This document shows, piece after piece, positions 31,807-35,369 of a stretch of 35,369 bases of DNA. Within the stretch, counting starts at the first letter, position 1. Each line of letters begins with the position of its first letter. This DNA is from a virus. Where the stretch lies: positions 1-35,369 of the IMG/VR virus record IMGVR_UViG_3300016474_000102; one strand, given 5' to 3'. Under the pieces are notes generated by a model. The model was given only the letters and a program-made list of their open reading frames with translations. It was not told the DNA's origin and made no database searches. A program made the position numbers and the translations under genes.

Positions 31807-32337
31807 ATGAGTCTCGAAGATGTGTCTTATGAGCAGCGTGACCAACTCGCTGCTTTAATGCGTGAACTTTCTGATAACCCTGCAACTCGGAAAGAAGTGT
31901 TGCGCTTGACCAAGAAAATCAAGCCTGACCTTGTTATCCCGGAACTGGACATTGAGGAAACCACAAACAGCGCAGTCTCTGAGACTCGTAAAGAGCTAGA
32001 GGCCATGCGAGCAAAGCTTGCTGAAAAGGAAGCTCTCGAAGACCTCGAAAAGCGTCGCAATGCCCTGATGCGTAAAGGCGTTGTACGCAGCGAAGAAGAA
32101 ATTGAAGAAGTGGAGAAAGTAATGCTAGAAAAAGGTATTACCAACCACGACACGGCTGCTGAGTATTGGGAGTGGATGAAGCAAACTGCTGCACCTACCC
32201 CAACGGGCTACAACCCATCTGCCGTCAAACAGTTTGACTTGAACAAGTATTACAAGAATCCTGTTGGCGCAGCCCGTGATGAAGCAGCAAAAGCACTCCA
32301 AGAGTTGCGTAAAAATACGCGACCCATTGGTTTTTAA
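31807..32337 (+). CDS. Scaffolding protein
   Basis: 176 aa, highly charged and helical (KELEAMRAKLAEKEALEDLEKRRNAL), immediately upstream of the capsid gene. Confidence 0.65.
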   Translation: MSLEDVSYEQRDQLAALMRELSDNPATRKEVLRLTKKIKPDLVIPELDIEETTNSAVSETRKELEAMRAKLAEKEALEDLEKRRNALMRKGVVRSEEEIEEVEKVMLEKGITNHDTAAEYWEWMKQTAAPTPTGYNPSAVKQFDLNKYYKNPVGAARDEAAKALQELRKNTRPIGF

Positions 32338-32366
32338 TCAGGGGATAAGTTTCCAAGGAGAATGAC

Positions 32367-33368
32367 ATGCCTATTGGTGGCGGTATCATTCCAGCAACGG
32401 GAAGTACGCAATATACCGAGTTGACCTACGTCACCCGGCGCGCATTCATCCCCAAGCTGGTTGTACAACTTTATAACTCAACTCCGCTGATGGCGGCTCT
32501 GATTGCTAACAGTCAGCAAGCTTCCGGCGGTGTTTCTTCCGTAACCGTTCCGGTTCAGGGCGCTCAGTTCGTGAACGCACAATGGTCGGACTACTCTGGT
32601 TCCTTTAACCAGCCAGCAGTCCAGCAGGGTGCATTTAACGCTGAATTTGACCTGAAGCTGATGATTGCTCCGGTTCCCTTCCTCGGTATGGAAGGTGCAG
32701 TGCAGCAAGATGCAGCTATCATCCCGCTGATTGAAGCGCGTATGAACGACGCGACCAACGTGATGATGGATGCAATGGCTACTGCCCTGTATACCAACAG
32801 CACGAACACTCAGCAGTTCACCGGTCTTCCCGCTGCCGTTTCGGCTTCTGGCACTTACGGCAATATCAGCCGTTCGGCCTATAGCTGGTGGCAGTCGAAG
32901 TCCTACTCGGCTGGCAACGTCAACCCGACCCGCCAGAACATCCTGCAATACATCTCCGGTACCGTGAAGAACGGCGCAGAAGTCCCGACTTTCGGTGTCT
33001 GCGGCTTTGGTACTTGGACCCTGCTGGCTCAAGACTACGTTGGTCAAGAGCAATACGTCATCACTCCGGGTTCCGGCTTTGATGGCGACAGCAACGGCCC
33101 ACAGGCTGCATTCCGCGCCCTGATGGTTGCTGGTGTGCCGATTTACCCTGACCCATATTGCCCGGAAGGTACGGTTTACTTCCTGAACACCAACTACCTG
33201 TCGCTGTACATTCATGAGCAGGGTTCGTTCGTGTTTACAGGTTTCGAATCGACTCTCCCGAACTGGCAGATTGGTTACGTTGGTGCCGTCCTGATGATTG
33301 CGGAACTGGTTTCGACCAAGCCGAAGTCGATGACGGTGGTGTCGGGTTACAACTCTCTAAGCATCTAA
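32367..33368 (+). CDS. Major capsid protein
   Basis: 333 aa with a strong AAGGAG SD. Biased, higher-GC codon usage. Position after the scaffold. Confidence 0.75.
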   Translation: MPIGGGIIPATGSTQYTELTYVTRRAFIPKLVVQLYNSTPLMAALIANSQQASGGVSSVTVPVQGAQFVNAQWSDYSGSFNQPAVQQGAFNAEFDLKLMIAPVPFLGMEGAVQQDAAIIPLIEARMNDATNVMMDAMATALYTNSTNTQQFTGLPAAVSASGTYGNISRSAYSWWQSKSYSAGNVNPTRQNILQYISGTVKNGAEVPTFGVCGFGTWTLLAQDYVGQEQYVITPGSGFDGDSNGPQAAFRALMVAGVPIYPDPYCPEGTVYFLNTNYLSLYIHEQGSFVFTGFESTLPNWQIGYVGAVLMIAELVSTKPKSMTVVSGYNSLSI

Positions 33369-33380
33369 GGAGGAATAACC

Positions 33381-33707
33381 ATGTCACTCAGCACTAACAA
33401 AATCATCCTTGCTGGCGCACAGTCGAATACCGCTGGTGCCTACTTCCTGACCACGACTGTTACCGCAGTCAATACCGGCAACGGTACGGTCATTCCGGCA
33501 GGTGTATATGTGATGTTCCCGCAAGCCAATACCTCGATTTTGGCTTACAACGGTTCGTCTAACGCTACGGTCATGGCTGCAAATACTGGCGGCGTTGTGA
33601 TTTCCGATGGCGTGAACGTATACGCCAAAACCACTGCATCTAGCGATGTTGTGACTCTGCTGGCTACCAACGGTGGTCAGAACGTCAGCAGCACCTACGC
33701 ATCGTAA
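33381..33707 (+). CDS. Possible capsid decoration/cement protein
   Basis: 108 aa, AAGGAGG SD, directly after the capsid gene. Function inferred from position and size only. Confidence 0.4.
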   Translation: MSLSTNKIILAGAQSNTAGAYFLTTTVTAVNTGNGTVIPAGVYVMFPQANTSILAYNGSSNATVMAANTGGVVISDGVNVYAKTTASSDVVTLLATNGGQNVSSTYAS

Positions 33708-33716
33708 GGAGGCAAC

Positions 33717-34163
33717 ATGGCTAACGCTGATTCAGTCGGTCAACTCTATCTTGACTCGTTTGGTCAGGGGCGGCTTGCTGTCATTACTGCAACTAAGCTG
33801 AACACGACGGGCAACGCTGTTGTTGCCCTTCCGTTCCTTGGCGGCGGTTTGACGAAAGGTAATGCGACAACTAACTCCGGTCAGGTCATCATCCGTAGAA
33901 TTACGGTATGCAACCCGTCCGGTAGCGTAGCGTCGGCAAACATTTCTATTTCGACTACCGCCGATGGTGCAAACGTCATTGCGAATGCCACTACCCTGAC
34001 CAGCGTGTCGGGCGCAGTGACTTTCCAAGACATTGCCATTAATGCCGGTAATGTTGCTGTCTCTGGCTATAACAGCCAAGCCTTGTTCATTAATGTTGGA
34101 ACTGCCTCTGGCAATGACAATACTGTGGACATTCGTGTGTTTGGCGACGTAGTGAGCTTCTAA
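33717..34163 (+). CDS. Head/neck structural protein, unknown function
   Basis: 148-aa ORF; AAGGAGG SD. Confidence 0.5.
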   Translation: MANADSVGQLYLDSFGQGRLAVITATKLNTTGNAVVALPFLGGGLTKGNATTNSGQVIIRRITVCNPSGSVASANISISTTADGANVIANATTLTSVSGAVTFQDIAINAGNVAVSGYNSQALFINVGTASGNDNTVDIRVFGDVVSF

Positions 34164-34164
34164 T

Positions 34165-34500
34165 ATGACAACCGTTTATGTGACGAACAAATGGGATAAA
34201 CCCATAACTTTCAGTTTCGAATACGTCTGGTACACCTTTCCGGTGGGCGAGACTGTCGAGGTTCCTCTGGAAGCTGCTCGTCACATATTCGGTTATCAGC
34301 ATGAAGACAAAGAACCGTTTATGGCGCAGTTGTCCATTATCAAAACCAAAGCAGAAATCCCCGACGGGTTGAAGATTCTGCAAAAGATTTTGATTGGTGA
34401 ACAGCCGCCCAAGAAAGGCCACGCGTTATCCCCCGTGGTTGAGAAAGTACCCCTACCTCCGTTAAAAGAGGCGGGGGGAACCCTTAACATTGCAGCTTGA
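34165..34500 (+). CDS. Hypothetical structural-module protein
   Basis: 111-aa ORF; starts 1 nt after the upstream stop. Confidence 0.5.
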   Translation: MTTVYVTNKWDKPITFSFEYVWYTFPVGETVEVPLEAARHIFGYQHEDKEPFMAQLSIIKTKAEIPDGLKILQKILIGEQPPKKGHALSPVVEKVPLPPLKEAGGTLNIAA

Positions 34501-34512
34501 TATGGACCGTAA

Positions 34513-35361
34513 ATGGCGCAGACGTTGCAAACGTACATTACTGAAGTCAGGCGGTTGCTGCATGATGCAAATGCCAACTTCTATACGAATAGTCAGCTAA
34601 CTGACTATATCAATGCGGCTCGCGCTCGAATTGTGCGCGATACCGGCTGTCTGCGTTCCATTCAAACCATATCCACGCCTTGCACTCCGGTAGCCGGAGG
34701 CAACACCCCCGTGATTTGGTCTGCTGGTCTTACTGTAAATACGGACGATTACGTCTTTTCCAATATCTACATTTACAGAGTCACTTCTGGCGGGGTGCTT
34801 GGCACGACTGTGCCGCCTTACCCGTCTGGTACTAGCGTCTACCCTCCTAGTACCCCATTTACCGATGGAACAGCCACATTGGTGTATGCCGGTAAATGCG
34901 AAATTATTAACTATGCTGCGTTGCCACAAGGTCTTTTGACGTTGGACGTTTTGAACGTCAACCTTTATTGGGGCAACTCAAGAATTCCGCTGCGTTACCT
35001 GCCTTGGACGGACTTTAACGCTCGACTGCGTTATTGGCAGAACTACGTCGGCACACCGGTTGCCTTCTCTATCTACGGGCAATCGACTATCTATCTCGGG
35101 CCTATACCTGACCAATCTTACACACTTGACCTAGACACGGTGCTTCTGCCGGTTGATTTAGTCAATCTGTCTGACGTTGACACGATTGATGACCCGTACA
35201 CCAGCCCGGTCAAGTATTACGCTGCTTACACCGCCAAATACTACGAGCAGTCATTTGGCGAAGCCGAGATTTATCTTGGTCAATACAAACAGCAAGTTCA
35301 GGCAGTACAGGCATCGGTCTACACTCGAAGGATGCCTGACCCGTACTCTAACCCGTACTAA
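34513..35361 (+). CDS. Adaptor / tail-tubular-A-like structural protein (tentative)
   Basis: 282 aa, last ORF before the nozzle-like gene across the junction. N-terminus L..YI.EVRRLLHD....FYTNSQLTDYINAAR is reminiscent of head-tail connector proteins. Confidence 0.4.
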   Translation: MAQTLQTYITEVRRLLHDANANFYTNSQLTDYINAARARIVRDTGCLRSIQTISTPCTPVAGGNTPVIWSAGLTVNTDDYVFSNIYIYRVTSGGVLGTTVPPYPSGTSVYPPSTPFTDGTATLVYAGKCEIINYAALPQGLLTLDVLNVNLYWGNSRIPLRYLPWTDFNARLRYWQNYVGTPVAFSIYGQSTIYLGPIPDQSYTLDLDTVLLPVDLVNLSDVDTIDDPYTSPVKYYAAYTAKYYEQSFGEAEIYLGQYKQQVQAVQASVYTRRMPDPYSNPY

Positions 35362-35369
35362 GTCATGGC
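35348..35369. repeat. Terminal direct repeat copy 2 (identical to 1-22)
   Basis: Read directly. Confidence 0.95.

Noticed and set aside
32478-33215. 245-aa minus-strand ORF inside the major capsid gene
   Set aside because: It is antisense to the best-supported gene in the window. The product is Arg/Ser/His-rich nonsense-like sequence, and there is no minus-strand operon here.

Overview
The window is one complete tailed-phage genome. Its first 22 nt (1-22) are identical to its last 22 nt (35348-35369). The unit length is therefore 35,347 bp and the contig closes on itself: the CDS ending at 35361 is followed directly by the ATG at 18. Two divergent arms leave an AT-rich, repeat-laden control region (23324-23833). 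The rightward arm runs 23834 -> 35361 -> wrap -> 16136. It carries an HNH protein, small regulators, the large terminase, a 3-gene insertion with a DUF5672-like protein, portal, scaffold, major capsid and head/tail accessory proteins. It continues with a nozzle-like tail protein, repeat-rich fibres including a triple-LamG protein, four large translationally coupled internal-virion-type proteins, an AT-rich HNH island, holin plus M15 endolysin, two very basic small proteins and a SAM methyltransferase. The leftward arm runs 23323 -> 16158. It carries small early ORFs, a Lar-like restriction-alleviation fusion, a YqaJ-type exonuclease plus annealase-like protein, a DUF736-like protein, RusA, a GT-A glycosyltransferase and a PD-(D/E)xK-like protein. 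There are no tape-measure, tube or sheath genes, so the phage is podovirus-like. I saw no polymerase, primase, helicase, integrase, tRNA, CRISPR array or reverse transcriptase. The most unusual items are: (1) a 414-nt ORF-free block (20597-21010) that looks like structured minus-strand RNA; (2) two SD-preceded 13-codon polybasic micro-ORFs built on CGCAAG-type repeats between portal and scaffold; (3) a paralogous pair of about 105-aa proteins, one of which appears to start at a non-ATG codon next to an HNH island; (4) a recurrent TTAACTTTA-like plus GGGGAT translation-initiation cassette; (5) glycosyltransferase-like and methyltransferase genes beside structural genes. All functional calls rest on motif recognition by eye and gene context. 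No database search was run.
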